Assembly (NCBI GenBank): GCA_963727625.1
Contig: CAVSHR010000009.1
Location: 1-64,000, forward strand
DNA from: an uncultured delta proteobacterium
GTDB lineage: Bacteria > Desulfobacterota > Binatia > UBA9968
DNA length: 64,000 nucleotides
Direction of reading: 5' to 3'
This document shows positions 29,554 to 39,996 of the stretch, in pieces; position 1 is the stretch's first letter; each line of letters opens with the position of its first letter. The position numbers and the translations under genes are program-made. Below the pieces are notes generated by a model. That model saw only the letters and a program-made list of their open reading frames with translations. It was not told the origin of the DNA and did not search any database.

Positions 29554-30558
29554 ATGGCAATACCTGAGCTCAGACAAGATCCGGTCACCGGTTGCTGGGT
29601 CGTTATCGCCCCCAGCCGCGCCGCGCGGCCACATCAAATCGCCGCCCCAAACAATTCGACGTATGGCGAAGCCTGCCCGTTTTGCGCCGGCAACGAGGCC
29701 ATGACACCGCCCGAGGTCTGGGCTCTAAGGTACACAGACAGCGAAGCGAAGACTCCCGGCTGGCGCGTGCGCGTGGTGACCAATAAATATCCGGCGCTGG
29801 AGCATCGCGGCACCGAGGCGAGTCGAAGCAAGGGTCTTTATCGCGCGACCACCGCTCTTGGTGTGCATGAAGTGATCATCGAGAGCCCCGACCATGCGGT
29901 CAATTTGAGTGCGCTCGACGCCGAACAATTTGAGAATATTTTGTACGCTTATCGCGCGCGCTGGCGTGCGCTCATTCAGGACCGGCGCTGGCGCTATCTA
30001 ATGATTTACAAAAACCAGGGCGACCGTGCCGGTGCCACTCTGGAGCATGTCCACTCCCAGTTAATCGCCCTGCCGCAGGTGCCGCCGCAAGCGGTCGTCG
30101 AGCTGAACGGCACAAGCAAACATTTCGCTGCAACTGGCCGGTGCATTTATTGCGACATTATCCAAGGCGAGTTGCAACATGGCGAGCGCCTTGTTGCCCA
30201 ATCTGAACGCTTCGTCGCGCTCTGTCCGTTCGCGCCGCGCTTCGGGTTTGAAACCTGGATTCTGCCGCGCCATCACGCCGCTGCGTTCGAGGAGATTTCC
30301 GATCGAGATCTCGTTGGGTTCGGCGAAACTCTGCGCGACTCTATCTTAAAGCTCAATCGGCTCTTCGATAACGCGCCGTTCAACTCCGTGCTCCATTCGA
30401 CGCCCGTCGACGAACCCGGGGAGGAACACTACCACTGGCATCTGGAGATCTTGCCGCAACTCACCCGAGCCGCCGGTTTTGAATGGGGCTCGGGTATGCA
30501 CATGAACTCGGTGGCGCCTGAGGACGCCGCGCGCCTACTGCGCCGCGCGGTGGTTTAA
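29554..30558 (+). CDS. galT: Galactose-1-phosphate uridylyltransferase
   Basis: ELRQDP, RAARP, CPFC.GNE, NKYPAL, GATLEHVHSQ, YHWHLEI. Confidence 0.92.
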   Translation: MAIPELRQDPVTGCWVVIAPSRAARPHQIAAPNNSTYGEACPFCAGNEAMTPPEVWALRYTDSEAKTPGWRVRVVTNKYPALEHRGTEASRSKGLYRATTALGVHEVIIESPDHAVNLSALDAEQFENILYAYRARWRALIQDRRWRYLMIYKNQGDRAGATLEHVHSQLIALPQVPPQAVVELNGTSKHFAATGRCIYCDIIQGELQHGERLVAQSERFVALCPFAPRFGFETWILPRHHAAAFEEISDRDLVGFGETLRDSILKLNRLFDNAPFNSVLHSTPVDEPGEEHYHWHLEILPQLTRAAGFEWGSGMHMNSVAPEDAARLLRRAVV

Positions 30559-31782
30559 ACTTTCAATCGGCTGGCTGTCGCGCGCCTGTTTTTGTTGGTA
30601 GAGCAATATAGACGCCGCCAGCGCGCAGGCAACCCCGGAAATCGCGATCGCCCGCGGCGTCCCCACGATGTGTGCCACGGTGCCGATAAACAACGTGCCG
30701 AAGGACCACATCCCTTTATCCATAAAGAACAAACTGAGCATCCGGCCCAACAGCTCGGGCGGGGTTTCCATCTGCACGATCGAATTGGCAACCGCGCGGA
30801 TAGCGATATTGCTGGCGCCGACGAAAACGAGAAACAACATCGACAAAGGCAGCGAGCGCGAAAAAGAAAACATGATCAGTGATGCCGAGAAAGCGAAGAC
30901 GCTCATGGCGACAAAGTGCAGACGGCGGCGCAGCCGGGTGAACGAAGCGATGCCCAGACCCGCAATCACGGCGCCGATTCCCGGCGCAGCGAGCAACAAG
31001 CCGAAGGTCGACGGCCCGGCGTGCAAAACGTCGGTGGCGAACACCGGCAAAAAGCGCGAATAGGGCGCGCCGACAAGGGCGATGCCGTAGGTGAGCAGGA
31101 CGATCGAAAACAGCCGCCGCTGACCGCGCAGGAATTGATAACCCTCCGTGACCTCATGCCAAAACCCCGCGCCATCCTTGGCCTTGGCTTTGACTGCAGG
31201 AAACTCCATGACCACCAAAGTTAAGATGATGGCGAGGAAGCTGACGGCGTTGACGAACAGGCAGCCGGCCACGCCAATGATGCTGATCAGCACGCCGCCC
31301 ACCGAAGGGCCGATGATTTTTGCCAGGTTGGCCATCGAAGAATTGAGCGCAATGGCATTCATCAGATCGTCGCGCGGCACCAGATTATTGATCAGCGAAT
31401 GGCGCGCGGTTTGATTTACGGTGTTTACCGTGCCGAGGAACAAAACCAAGACGATCACATGCCAGAATTGGATCGAATCGAAATAGACGAGTGCCCAGAA
31501 CACGAAGGCCTGGAGCATCGCTAAAAATTGTGTCGCTAACAGCAGGCGGCGGCGCTCAAGGCGATCGACGATGGCGCCGCCCACCGCGCCCAAAAGCAGC
31601 CGCGGCAGCGCCTGGCTGAATCCAACCAAGCCGAGCAGAAACGGCGACGATGTCAAGGTCCAAACCAGCCAACTTTGCGCCATCGCCTGGATAAAGTCGC
31701 CGACATGGGACAAGCTGGTCCCGAAAAACAACAGACGGAAGTTTCTGTGCTTGAGTGAATCGAGCGTGCGCGCCAGGTTCAT
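30535..31782 (-). CDS. MFS transporter
   Basis: About 12 TM segments; HRNFRLLF, GGAIVDRLERRRLL, NAIALNS. Confidence 0.9.
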   Translation of the reverse strand: MNLARTLDSLKHRNFRLLFFGTSLSHVGDFIQAMAQSWLVWTLTSSPFLLGLVGFSQALPRLLLGAVGGAIVDRLERRRLLLATQFLAMLQAFVFWALVYFDSIQFWHVIVLVLFLGTVNTVNQTARHSLINNLVPRDDLMNAIALNSSMANLAKIIGPSVGGVLISIIGVAGCLFVNAVSFLAIILTLVVMEFPAVKAKAKDGAGFWHEVTEGYQFLRGQRRLFSIVLLTYGIALVGAPYSRFLPVFATDVLHAGPSTFGLLLAAPGIGAVIAGLGIASFTRLRRRLHFVAMSVFAFSASLIMFSFSRSLPLSMLFLVFVGASNIAIRAVANSIVQMETPPELLGRMLSLFFMDKGMWSFGTLFIGTVAHIVGTPRAIAISGVACALAASILLYQQKQARDSQPIESLNHRAAQ

Positions 31783-31805
31783 CGACCCCCGTCCGAAGAG
31801 GGCCA

Positions 31806-33635
31806 TTATTCGACCGTCACGCTCTTTGCCAGATTGCGCGGTTGATCGACGTCGGTGCCGCGGTGCACGGCGATGTAGTAGGCAAGCAATTGCAGCGGGA
31901 TCGTCATCACGACGGGCGTAAGATAGTGTGACGCTTTGGGTAGCGTCAAGAGCCGATAGGCGGAGATTTCATCCGCCGTCTTGGCATCGTCGCTGAGAAC
32001 CACGACCTTGCCGCCGCGCGACTCGACTTCCTTTAAGTTGCTCAAGGTTTTCTCAAAGTAACGATCCCGCGGTGCCAGCACGATCACCGGCATTTTCTCG
32101 TCGATCAAGGCGATCGGTCCGTGCTTCATCTCCCCGGCGGGATAACCCTCGGCGTGGATGTAGGAGATCTCCTTGAGCTTGAGCGCGCCTTCGAGCGCAA
32201 TCGGATAATTGATGCCGCGGCCGAGGTAAAGAAAATCCTGGCTGTGCATGAGTTCGCGCGCCAGCTCTTTGATCTGATCTTCGATCTCCAAAGCTTTTTC
32301 GACCCAGCTCGGCAAATACATGAGATCGCGCAGCAGCTTTCTCGCCTCGGTGGCTTTGAGCTTGCCGTTGAGCCGGCCCAACGCCACCGCGAGCAAATAG
32401 ATCGCGGTCAACTGTGTGGTGAACGCTTTGGTGCTCGCCACGCTGATCTCGGGACCGGCGTGGGTGTAAAGCACACCGTCGGACTTGCGCGGGATCGACG
32501 CGTCGATGACATTGCAGATGGAAAGAACTCGGGCTTTTTTGGCCCGCGCAACTTCGGTGGCCGCCAAGGTGTCGGCGGTCTCGCCGGACTGGCTCACCAT
32601 CAACAACACCGACTTGGGGTCCATCAGCGGCGAGCGGTAGCGAAACTCCGAGCCGTAGTCGACTTCGGCAGGAATGCCGGCGATCTCCTCGAGCATGAAC
32701 TTGCCGACCAAACAAGCATGCCAGGCGGTGCCGCAGGCGACCAGATGAAAGCGTTTGATCTGTTTGACTGTGCTTGCCGTCAACTTGATATCTTCCAGCG
32801 CTACATCGCCGGTTTTGAGCGAGATCCGGCCGCGAAAGGTATCGGCCAACGCCCGCGGTTGATCGTGAATCTCCTTCAGCATGAAGTGGGCGTAGCCGTC
32901 CTTGCGCGCCGCCACCGCATCCCAGGTGACTTCTTTCACCGGGCGGTTGACGGTTTTGCCCCTGCCGTCAAGCAAACGATAGGAGCCGACGGTAACTTCG
33001 CCGATTTCGCCGTCCTCGAGAAAAGTCACTTTGCGCGTGTAATCCAACAACGCCGGAATATCGGAAGCAATGAACGTCTCCCCTTCGCCCCAGCCTATGA
33101 CGATCGGCGTGGAATTCTTGGCGACGATCAGACGTGTAGGGTCGCGGCGATTGAGAAACAGCAGCGCGTAGGAGCCGTGGATTTCGCGCAGCGTGCGCCG
33201 CACCGCATCGAGAAAATCCAAGCCGCGCTCGATTTTTTCTGCGACCAGATGGGCGACGATTTCCGAGTCGGTCTCCGAGCTGAATTGCACGCCGTGCTTG
33301 CTCAGCTGCTCTTTGAGCTCGAGATAATTTTCGATGATGCCGTTGTGCACCACGACGATGTCGCCGGCGCGGTGCGGGTGGGCGTTGGTTTCCGACGGCC
33401 TCCCGTGGGTCGCCCAACGCGTGTGGCCGATGCCGACCACCCCGGCCATCGGTTGGCGTTGCAGCAGGGCTTCGAGATTGCCCAACTTGCCTTCGCAGCG
33501 CCGAATCGCCACTTCGCCGTCTTGCAGCACCGCGATACCGGCGGAATCGTAACCGCGATATTCGAGCTTTCTCAAGCTTTCCAGTATCAGCGGCGCCGCT
33601 TGCCGATGACCGATATATCCGACGATACCACACAT
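31806..33635 (-). CDS. glmS: Glutamine--fructose-6-phosphate transaminase
   Basis: MCGIVG, HTRWATHG, SQSGETADT, PRNLAKSVTVE. Confidence 0.98.
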   Translation of the reverse strand: MCGIVGYIGHRQAAPLILESLRKLEYRGYDSAGIAVLQDGEVAIRRCEGKLGNLEALLQRQPMAGVVGIGHTRWATHGRPSETNAHPHRAGDIVVVHNGIIENYLELKEQLSKHGVQFSSETDSEIVAHLVAEKIERGLDFLDAVRRTLREIHGSYALLFLNRRDPTRLIVAKNSTPIVIGWGEGETFIASDIPALLDYTRKVTFLEDGEIGEVTVGSYRLLDGRGKTVNRPVKEVTWDAVAARKDGYAHFMLKEIHDQPRALADTFRGRISLKTGDVALEDIKLTASTVKQIKRFHLVACGTAWHACLVGKFMLEEIAGIPAEVDYGSEFRYRSPLMDPKSVLLMVSQSGETADTLAATEVARAKKARVLSICNVIDASIPRKSDGVLYTHAGPEISVASTKAFTTQLTAIYLLAVALGRLNGKLKATEARKLLRDLMYLPSWVEKALEIEDQIKELARELMHSQDFLYLGRGINYPIALEGALKLKEISYIHAEGYPAGEMKHGPIALIDEKMPVIVLAPRDRYFEKTLSNLKEVESRGGKVVVLSDDAKTADEISAYRLLTLPKASHYLTPVVMTIPLQLLAYYIAVHRGTDVDQPRNLAKSVTVE

Positions 33636-35029
33636 TACTTTTTGTTTCTTTTCATCTTTTCGCGTTTCAGTTCAGTCCAGCCTTCGCGTAGTTGTTCTTC
33701 CCGCTGATTGAAGACCAACGCACCCGCGGGTACGTCGTGGCGCACGGTGCTCGCCGTGGCGACGTAAACATCGTCGCCCAGCGAGACCGGCGCCACCAAC
33801 GTGGTATCGCTGCCCACTTGCACGCGATCGCCGATTTTCGTTTGGTATTTATGGAAGCCGTCATAATTGCACGTGATCGTGCCGGCACCGATATTGGTGT
33901 CGCGGCCGATGGTGACGTCGCCCAGATAAGTCAGATGATTAGCTTTGGTGCCTTCGCCCACATGGGCGGCTTTCGCTTCGACGAAGTTGCCGATATGCAC
34001 ATTACGCCCCAAATGGGTTCCCGGGCGTAGATGAGCAAAGGGTCCGACGATGGCTCCGTGATCGATCCGACTGCCCGTCATGACGACGGAGAATTTCAAC
34101 TGCACTTCATCACCAATCTCCATATCTGTAAGATAAGCGCTGCCGTCAATCTGGCAGCGTTCGCCGACGACGGTCTTGCCCTTGAGGTGGGTGTTGGGAC
34201 CGATCACCGTATCTTTGCCGATGGTCACGCCCGCTTCGATGTAAGTGGTGTCCGGGTCCTCGAGCGTAACCCCGGAGAGCATCCATTTCTGGTTGATGCT
34301 GTCACGCAAATTTTTTTCCATCACGGCGAGCTCCTCTCGGCTGTTGATCCCCATCATCTCGCGGGAATTATCGACTTTTAGCGTTTCAATAGTTTGTTTC
34401 TCAGTAAGACCGATAGTGACAATGTCAGGCAGATAGTATTCGCCCTGTTGGTTTTCGTTCTTGACGGTTTTCAACGCGGCAAACAGAAACGGCGCCGATG
34501 CAACGTAAACGCCGGCGTTCACCTCGTGGATTGTCCGCTGCGACTTGGTGGTGTCTTTTTCCTCGACGATGCCCGTGATCGCGCCACCGCTGTCTCGTAA
34601 AATACGACCGTAACCCTTGGGCATTTCCAATTGAGCCGTGAGCAAGGTCAAAGCGGCGCTCCGGCTGCGATGGCGCTCGATGAGCCCGCGCAAGGTCTGC
34701 TCCCGAATCAACGGCACGTCGCCGCTCAAGATCAACACGTCGCCGGAAAAGTCTTTGAAGACCGGCTCCGCGCATAACACGGCATGACCGGTGCCGAGCT
34801 GTTGATTTTGAATTACCCAGTTGACCTGCGAGTCCGTGCAGGCTCGCCGAACCGCCTCGGCGCCATGGCCGACCACGACTGCCGTAATCTTGGGATCGAG
34901 CCGACGCGCGGTTCCCAAGGCATGCAGAAACAACGCCTTTCCGCCGACCGGGTGCAGCACCTTCGGCAGCTCCGACTTCATCCGGGTACCCTGCCCGGCA
35001 GCCAATAAAATGACGCTCAGTTCAACCAT
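33635..35029 (-). CDS. glmU: Bifunctional UDP-GlcNAc pyrophosphorylase/acetyltransferase
   Basis: LAAGQGTRMKS..PKVLH, GTGHA, GNFVE, GAGTITCNYDG. Confidence 0.97.
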   Translation of the reverse strand: MVELSVILLAAGQGTRMKSELPKVLHPVGGKALFLHALGTARRLDPKITAVVVGHGAEAVRRACTDSQVNWVIQNQQLGTGHAVLCAEPVFKDFSGDVLILSGDVPLIREQTLRGLIERHRSRSAALTLLTAQLEMPKGYGRILRDSGGAITGIVEEKDTTKSQRTIHEVNAGVYVASAPFLFAALKTVKNENQQGEYYLPDIVTIGLTEKQTIETLKVDNSREMMGINSREELAVMEKNLRDSINQKWMLSGVTLEDPDTTYIEAGVTIGKDTVIGPNTHLKGKTVVGERCQIDGSAYLTDMEIGDEVQLKFSVVMTGSRIDHGAIVGPFAHLRPGTHLGRNVHIGNFVEAKAAHVGEGTKANHLTYLGDVTIGRDTNIGAGTITCNYDGFHKYQTKIGDRVQVGSDTTLVAPVSLGDDVYVATASTVRHDVPAGALVFNQREEQLREGWTELKREKMKRNKK

Positions 35030-35057
35030 ATTTTTCGTCCGAGACTCGAAAATAAGA

Positions 35058-35085
35058 ATTATAATCCAACTCGGCATGCAATCAA
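35058..35085 (-). promoter_or_regulatory. Sigma70-type promoter of glmUS
   Basis: Minus strand TTGATT-16nt-TATAAT. Confidence 0.6.
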
Positions 35086-35303
35086 TCAGAACTTGCGCGG
35101 GCGCGGGAACAGCGGGGAGACCATGCCGCAGACGTCTCTAGACTAGCCTTCAGTATATTCCTTTTGGCGAGAAAATCCTTGTCAGGCGATGAGAATTCGA
35201 CTACAAAAAGCTCATCCGGCAAAATAAATGGCCATAATCTTGCCACGCTGCAGCGAGCGCGACCATCGGCGTGTTAGGATTAACAATTTCGGAGGATTAT
35301 CCG

Positions 35304-35468
35304 GTGAATCGTTCGGAATCAACGTCGCCTGCTGAGACCGAGTCGCAGGAAAATTGGTGGGACTATTGCCCGATTTGCAACGCCAAGCTGTTCAATCAGA
35401 AATGCAAATATGTCTGCTCCAATCCGAAGTGTAACTTTTTCATGAGCTGCAGCGAATTCGATCTTTAA
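35304..35468 (+). CDS. Small Cys-rich zinc-finger-like protein (54 aa)
   Basis: GGAGG then GTG; CPICNAKLFNQKCKYVCSNPKCNFFMSCSEFD. Confidence 0.7.
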   Translation: MNRSESTSPAETESQENWWDYCPICNAKLFNQKCKYVCSNPKCNFFMSCSEFDL

Positions 35469-35527
35469 GCGCCAGCCAAGCGTCGGGCGCTGGCCAACGC
35501 GCTTGGGGTGCGCTAAGAGATAAAAGC

Positions 35528-36256
35528 ATGTCGAAAACCGCGGGCATCGTCATCATCGGCAACGAAGTTTTGTCGGGGAAAACCCAAGACATCAACTCGC
35601 ATTTTTTCTGCACCGAGCTGCGCCGCCTCGGCGTCGAAGTGCAAAAGATCTCGACGATCCAGGACGAGATCGAGTTGATCGGCCAGGAGGTCGCGGCTTT
35701 TTCCAAACGTTTCGATTATGTCTTTACTTCCGGCGGCGTCGGCCCCACCCACGACGACGTCACCATCGACGGTATCGCCCATGGCTTCGGTCTCAACGTC
35801 GTGCGCCATCCGGACATCGAACAGCGCATGCGCCGGCGGCTCGGCGATCAGGTCAACGAAGCGCGCCTGCGCATGGCCAACGTTCCCGAAGGGGCCATGC
35901 TGCTTGCCACCGAAGCGCGGTTCGCGCCGATCGTCAAAATTCACAACGTCTATATTTTCCCGGGCATCCCGAAAATTCTCCAGGAGCGCTTTCATGCGAT
36001 CAAGGAGCGCTTCCGCGACGCGCCGTACTATTTGAAGAACGTCTACGTTAAATATGGCGAAGGCATTATCGCCGACATGCTGAACAGCCTGTTGGTGAAA
36101 TTTCCCCAACTCATGCTCGGCTCCTATCCGGTCCTCGACCTGCCGGATTACAAGGTCAAGGTCACGCTGGAGTCGAAGGACCCCAACTACCTCGAGCAGG
36201 CGCTGCAAACTTTCGTCGCCTCCCTTCCCGGAGATGCGGTGCAACGGATCGATTAA
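35528..36256 (+). CDS. Molybdopterin-binding-domain (CinA N-terminal-like) protein
   Basis: IIGNEVLSGKTQDIN, TSGGVGPTHDDVT, FPGIP. Confidence 0.88.
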   Translation: MSKTAGIVIIGNEVLSGKTQDINSHFFCTELRRLGVEVQKISTIQDEIELIGQEVAAFSKRFDYVFTSGGVGPTHDDVTIDGIAHGFGLNVVRHPDIEQRMRRRLGDQVNEARLRMANVPEGAMLLATEARFAPIVKIHNVYIFPGIPKILQERFHAIKERFRDAPYYLKNVYVKYGEGIIADMLNSLLVKFPQLMLGSYPVLDLPDYKVKVTLESKDPNYLEQALQTFVASLPGDAVQRID

Positions 36257-36266
36257 TCGATAGCTC

Positions 36267-37706
36267 ATGGCGGATCATTCATCCTGGGGAGTCTTGCCGC
36301 CTTACCAAAAGGCGCCGCTGCCGCCGCTGCCGAACATGCTGCGCGCCCTCGGTCCGGGCGTCATCTTCATGGCGTTGGCGCAGGGCAGCGGCGAGCTTAT
36401 CTGGTGGCCTTATATTATTGCCAAATACGGTCTGAGTTTTTTGTTTTTGTTGCTGCCCGCTTGCTTGTTGCAATTTCCTGTCACCTACGAGATCGGCCGC
36501 TACACCCTGCTGACCGGTGAAAGCATTTTTCAGGGCTTTATTCGTTTGCAACGCCACTTCGCGTTTTTTCTCTGGATCTTGATGACGCTGTCGTTTCTTT
36601 GGTTCGGCGCCTTCGCCGCTGCCGGCGGCACTTCGCTGGCAGCACTGACCGATTTCCCCACCGGTTGGAGCGCGCGCGGCCAAACGCTTTTCTGGGGCTA
36701 CGCCTCCATGCTGGTTTTTCTCGCCGCCATTCTGCTCAGCAAAGTGATCTACCAGATGGTCGAGCTTTTTATGTGGAGCGTGGCCCTGCTGACCCTCGTC
36801 GGGCTTACCTGGGCGAGCGCCAACGCCGAGGCGCTGCAAGCCCTGCCGGCATTCGTCAAAGGCCTTTTCGTGCCCGATCTGTCGATGCCGCGCCCCTGGG
36901 ATCCGGCCGACGCAACCAAATTGCTGACCGCGATCACCTTTGCCGGGCTGGGCGGCTTCTGGACGCTTTTTTACTCCTATTGGGTGCGCGACAAGGGCTG
37001 CGGCATGGCCCACTACATGGGTCGGATGACCGGACCGGTTACGGGTAAAGCCGAAGTGATTCCAGCGTCGGGTTTTTTGCCGGGCAATGACGAGGGCTTG
37101 GCCCATGTGCCGCGATGGCGCCGTTACTTATTCTGGGATGTCAGCATCGGCATCGGCGGCAATTTGCTCACCACGCTGATGACCTGTCTGCTCGCCTACG
37201 CGTTACTCTTCCCCAAGGGACTGCTGCCGGAAGGCTACGAGCTTGCCGTGGTGCAAAGCCGCTTCTTTGAAGTGAGCTGGGGCATTGTCGGCAGGTTCCT
37301 GTTCCTTATCGTGGCCGCCGCCTTTCTCTCAGACACCTGGCTTGCCACGGTGGATGCCGTCAGCCGGATTCACACCGACTGCCTGTTCGGCTTTTTTCCC
37401 AAAACCCAATCGATTTCGGTGCGGACTTGGTATTTGATCTTACTATTTTTGCTCACCGCCATCACCGCCGCGACCATGGGCGCCGCGGCACCGGGGCCGC
37501 TGATTTTGCTTTCCGCCGTGATCGGCTTTGTCGGCACGGTGCTCTTTTCTGTAGCGTTGATTTTTCTCAACCATGTCTATCTGCCGCGCCGGCTGCCGGC
37601 CGCAGCTCGGCCCGGCAAGCTCAACCTATGCTGTCTGATCGTCTCCTGCGTGGCGTATTTCGCTCTGGCGGTGATGTACTTGCTGACCGTCATTGGCGCG
37701 ATCTAG
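36267..37706 (+). CDS. Nramp-family-like transporter
   Basis: GPGVIFMALAQGSGELIWWP, EIGRYTLLTGE, many TM helices. Confidence 0.75.
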   Translation: MADHSSWGVLPPYQKAPLPPLPNMLRALGPGVIFMALAQGSGELIWWPYIIAKYGLSFLFLLLPACLLQFPVTYEIGRYTLLTGESIFQGFIRLQRHFAFFLWILMTLSFLWFGAFAAAGGTSLAALTDFPTGWSARGQTLFWGYASMLVFLAAILLSKVIYQMVELFMWSVALLTLVGLTWASANAEALQALPAFVKGLFVPDLSMPRPWDPADATKLLTAITFAGLGGFWTLFYSYWVRDKGCGMAHYMGRMTGPVTGKAEVIPASGFLPGNDEGLAHVPRWRRYLFWDVSIGIGGNLLTTLMTCLLAYALLFPKGLLPEGYELAVVQSRFFEVSWGIVGRFLFLIVAAAFLSDTWLATVDAVSRIHTDCLFGFFPKTQSISVRTWYLILLFLLTAITAATMGAAAPGPLILLSAVIGFVGTVLFSVALIFLNHVYLPRRLPAAARPGKLNLCCLIVSCVAYFALAVMYLLTVIGAI

Positions 37707-37799
37707 TCCGAGCGAGCGAGAAATCCCAAGACATCCACCGCGATGGATTTGATAGCTTCAAGTTGTTAGCCTAGACGAAATTTTTCTAAAGACGCTTTT

Positions 37800-38450
37800 G
37801 TGACCGATATTCTCAACTGGATCATGGAATCCATCCGCGCCTACGGGCCGTGGAGCGTGTTCGTGGGCGTGATCATCGAGTCGGTGATCGTACCGATCCC
37901 TTCGCCCCTGATCATCATGGGCGCCGGCTTCGTGCTGATCAGCGCCGAGTTGTCGTTCTTTCAAGCGTTCTTGCCGATCATTTCGCAGATCGTATTGCCG
38001 GGCTCCGTCGCTTCCACACTCGGCGCCTATATCGGCTATGGCATCGGCTATTTCGGCGGCAAGCCGATGGTCGATCGCTGGCAAAGATTTTTGGGATTTA
38101 CCTGGAACGATGTCGCCGCCATGGAACACCGTTTTCACAGCGGCCAGGTCAATACTTCGATATTTTTTCTCCGCGCCTTGCCGATCTTTCCGCTGTCGGT
38201 GATCTCCGCGGCGGCGGGATTGCTGCGCTTGCCGATCCGGCAGTTTAGCCTCTGGACTTTTTACGGGACGATCCCGCGCTGTCTATTTCTCGGCTATCTC
38301 GGTTGGGGATTGGGCGAAACTTATCAGGGCATCGCCAATGGCATCGATCGGGCGGAAGGCATCGTCTCCGGAATTTTGATCCTGGCGATCATCGCTGCGA
38401 TCATCTGGCTGCGCGCGCGCGTGCGCGGCAAGATTTTGGATAACGGTTAG
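37800..38450 (+). CDS. DedA family membrane protein
   Basis: ESVIVPIPS, GYFGG, FFLRALP. Confidence 0.85.
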   Translation: MTDILNWIMESIRAYGPWSVFVGVIIESVIVPIPSPLIIMGAGFVLISAELSFFQAFLPIISQIVLPGSVASTLGAYIGYGIGYFGGKPMVDRWQRFLGFTWNDVAAMEHRFHSGQVNTSIFFLRALPIFPLSVISAAAGLLRLPIRQFSLWTFYGTIPRCLFLGYLGWGLGETYQGIANGIDRAEGIVSGILILAIIAAIIWLRARVRGKILDNG

Positions 38451-39157
38451 AAAAATCCCAGCGCCGAGCTGATCTCCCAACCCAAGATCAGGCCGAACAC
38501 GATGCTCGCCACGCCGGCCACGACACGAATCGAGCGGTTCATCGCGGAGAACCGTTGCGCGGTCAGAACGAACGGCAAGCTGATAATGCCGCTCAGCAAG
38601 AGCATCCCGCCCACTGAGCCCAGGCCGAAGATAACGATGTAGAGCAGGCCGCCGAGCGCCGAATCGATGGTCGAGAGCACCAGCAGCATGAGCGCCGCGC
38701 TGCCGGCAAGACCGTGCACCATGCCGACGATGAACGGCCGGCGCATTGCCGCGAATCGGTGGCTATGCGCGTGATCCTGTTTGGGATTTTCATGGACGTG
38801 AATATGCGTGTGGGTTTCCGGATTATGGCTATGGGTATGCAAATGAACCCGCTCGGCACCGAACGTCTTGCGCAGCACGTTCGAACCGAGAATAATCAGC
38901 ATCGCTGCTACCAGCAACTCGAGGCTGGAACCGAGGCGCGGTGGAATCGTCAAACGCAAACCGATGACCAGCACACCGACAATGAACAGCGTCGTGGTGT
39001 GTCCCAAGCCCCAAAATGCACCGATCAACGAAGCCCATTTAAAACTGCGGTGTTCGCTGACGATAGTCGATACAGCGATGAGATGGTCGGGATCGAGAGC
39101 GTGTTGAATCCCTAGCACCAGACCCAGGCCAAAAGCCGCAAGCAGTGATGACTCCAT
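38447..39157 (-). CDS. His-rich Ni/Co transporter-like membrane protein (UreH/NiCoT-like)
   Basis: HALDPDHL, WGLGH, HLHTHSH...HTHIH, GMVHGLAGS. Confidence 0.82.
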   Translation of the reverse strand: MESSLLAAFGLGLVLGIQHALDPDHLIAVSTIVSEHRSFKWASLIGAFWGLGHTTTLFIVGVLVIGLRLTIPPRLGSSLELLVAAMLIILGSNVLRKTFGAERVHLHTHSHNPETHTHIHVHENPKQDHAHSHRFAAMRRPFIVGMVHGLAGSAALMLLVLSTIDSALGGLLYIVIFGLGSVGGMLLLSGIISLPFVLTAQRFSAMNRSIRVVAGVASIVFGLILGWEISSALGFF

Positions 39158-39312
39158 GGTTTGCTCAAACAACTTCCTTGATCGGACATTTCATTTTAGA
39201 ACCCGATAAAAATAAACACAGCTTTGGCGCGCGAATCCGAAGCGACGCGAGAAGACATGATTACACTATTTTGGATCAAGACGTTCTAGCGCAGCGCACG
39301 TGGCGGGTGCGG

Positions 39313-39744
39313 TCAGCGGTCCGGTAACGGTTGGCCACTCTGCGTGCCGATCCACACTTCGCCGCCTTCGAATACCTCTTTTTTCCAGATCGGCACGGTC
39401 TTTTTAATCTCTTCGATAGCGAAGCGGCTGGCGGCAAAGGCCGCATCCCGATGCGCCGACGAAACCGCGATGATCACGCTCGCTTCGCCGATCTGCACCG
39501 GGCCGAGCCGATGCACGATCGCCATTTTGCAGATCGGCCACCGCTTCGCGGCATCGGCGCCGATGCGCGCCAGCTCTTTCTCGGCCATCTCCGGATAGGC
39601 TTCGTAATCCAAGGCGATGACCTTGCGCCCTTCGTTGTTATTGCGCGTCGTGCCGATGAACGGAACGATGGCGCCGGCTTCCGGGTCGGTGACGTAGCGG
39701 ATCAGCTCGTCTAAATCAATCGGTATATCGGTTACGCGAAACAT
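39313..39744 (-). CDS. moaE: Molybdopterin synthase catalytic subunit
   Basis: GAIVPFIGTTR, YEAY, HRLG, HR.AAF, VPIWKKE. Confidence 0.95.
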   Translation of the reverse strand: MFRVTDIPIDLDELIRYVTDPEAGAIVPFIGTTRNNNEGRKVIALDYEAYPEMAEKELARIGADAAKRWPICKMAIVHRLGPVQIGEASVIIAVSSAHRDAAFAASRFAIEEIKKTVPIWKKEVFEGGEVWIGTQSGQPLPDR

Positions 39745-39750
39745 CTTCGC

Positions 39751-39996
39751 TCAGCCTCCGCTCACCGGCGGCAGAAAAACTACTTCGTCATTGTCGGCGA
39801 GTTGATGATCCACGCCGACGTAATTCCGATTGACCGCATACAACAAGCGGATTCCCGGCACATCGAGCTTGGGATAATCCTTCTGCAGCTGGTGCCACAG
39901 GTCGGCCACGCTGCTGCCCGGCGCGATCTCCTTCGAAACCTCTGCGACGCCCGCGCGCTCGCGCAAAATCGCGAAAAGTTTTATCCGGACGTTCAT
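39751..39996 (-). CDS. moaD: Molybdopterin synthase sulfur carrier subunit
   Basis: IKLFAILRE, AVN, PPVSGG C-terminus. Confidence 0.93.
   Translation of the reverse strand: MNVRIKLFAILRERAGVAEVSKEIAPGSSVADLWHQLQKDYPKLDVPGIRLLYAVNRNYVGVDHQLADNDEVVFLPPVSGG

Noticed and set aside
32121-33707. 528-aa plus-strand ORF
   Set aside because: Antisense shadow of glmS caused by GC-rich codon bias; no recognisable motifs.
33636-33800. glmS ribozyme
   Set aside because: glmS is directly coupled to the glmU stop, leaving no leader.
35528-36256. Second cinA as a recent duplication of 59919-61157
   Set aside because: Lacks the PncC domain and is divergent; stand-alone MoCF-domain proteins commonly coexist with CinA.
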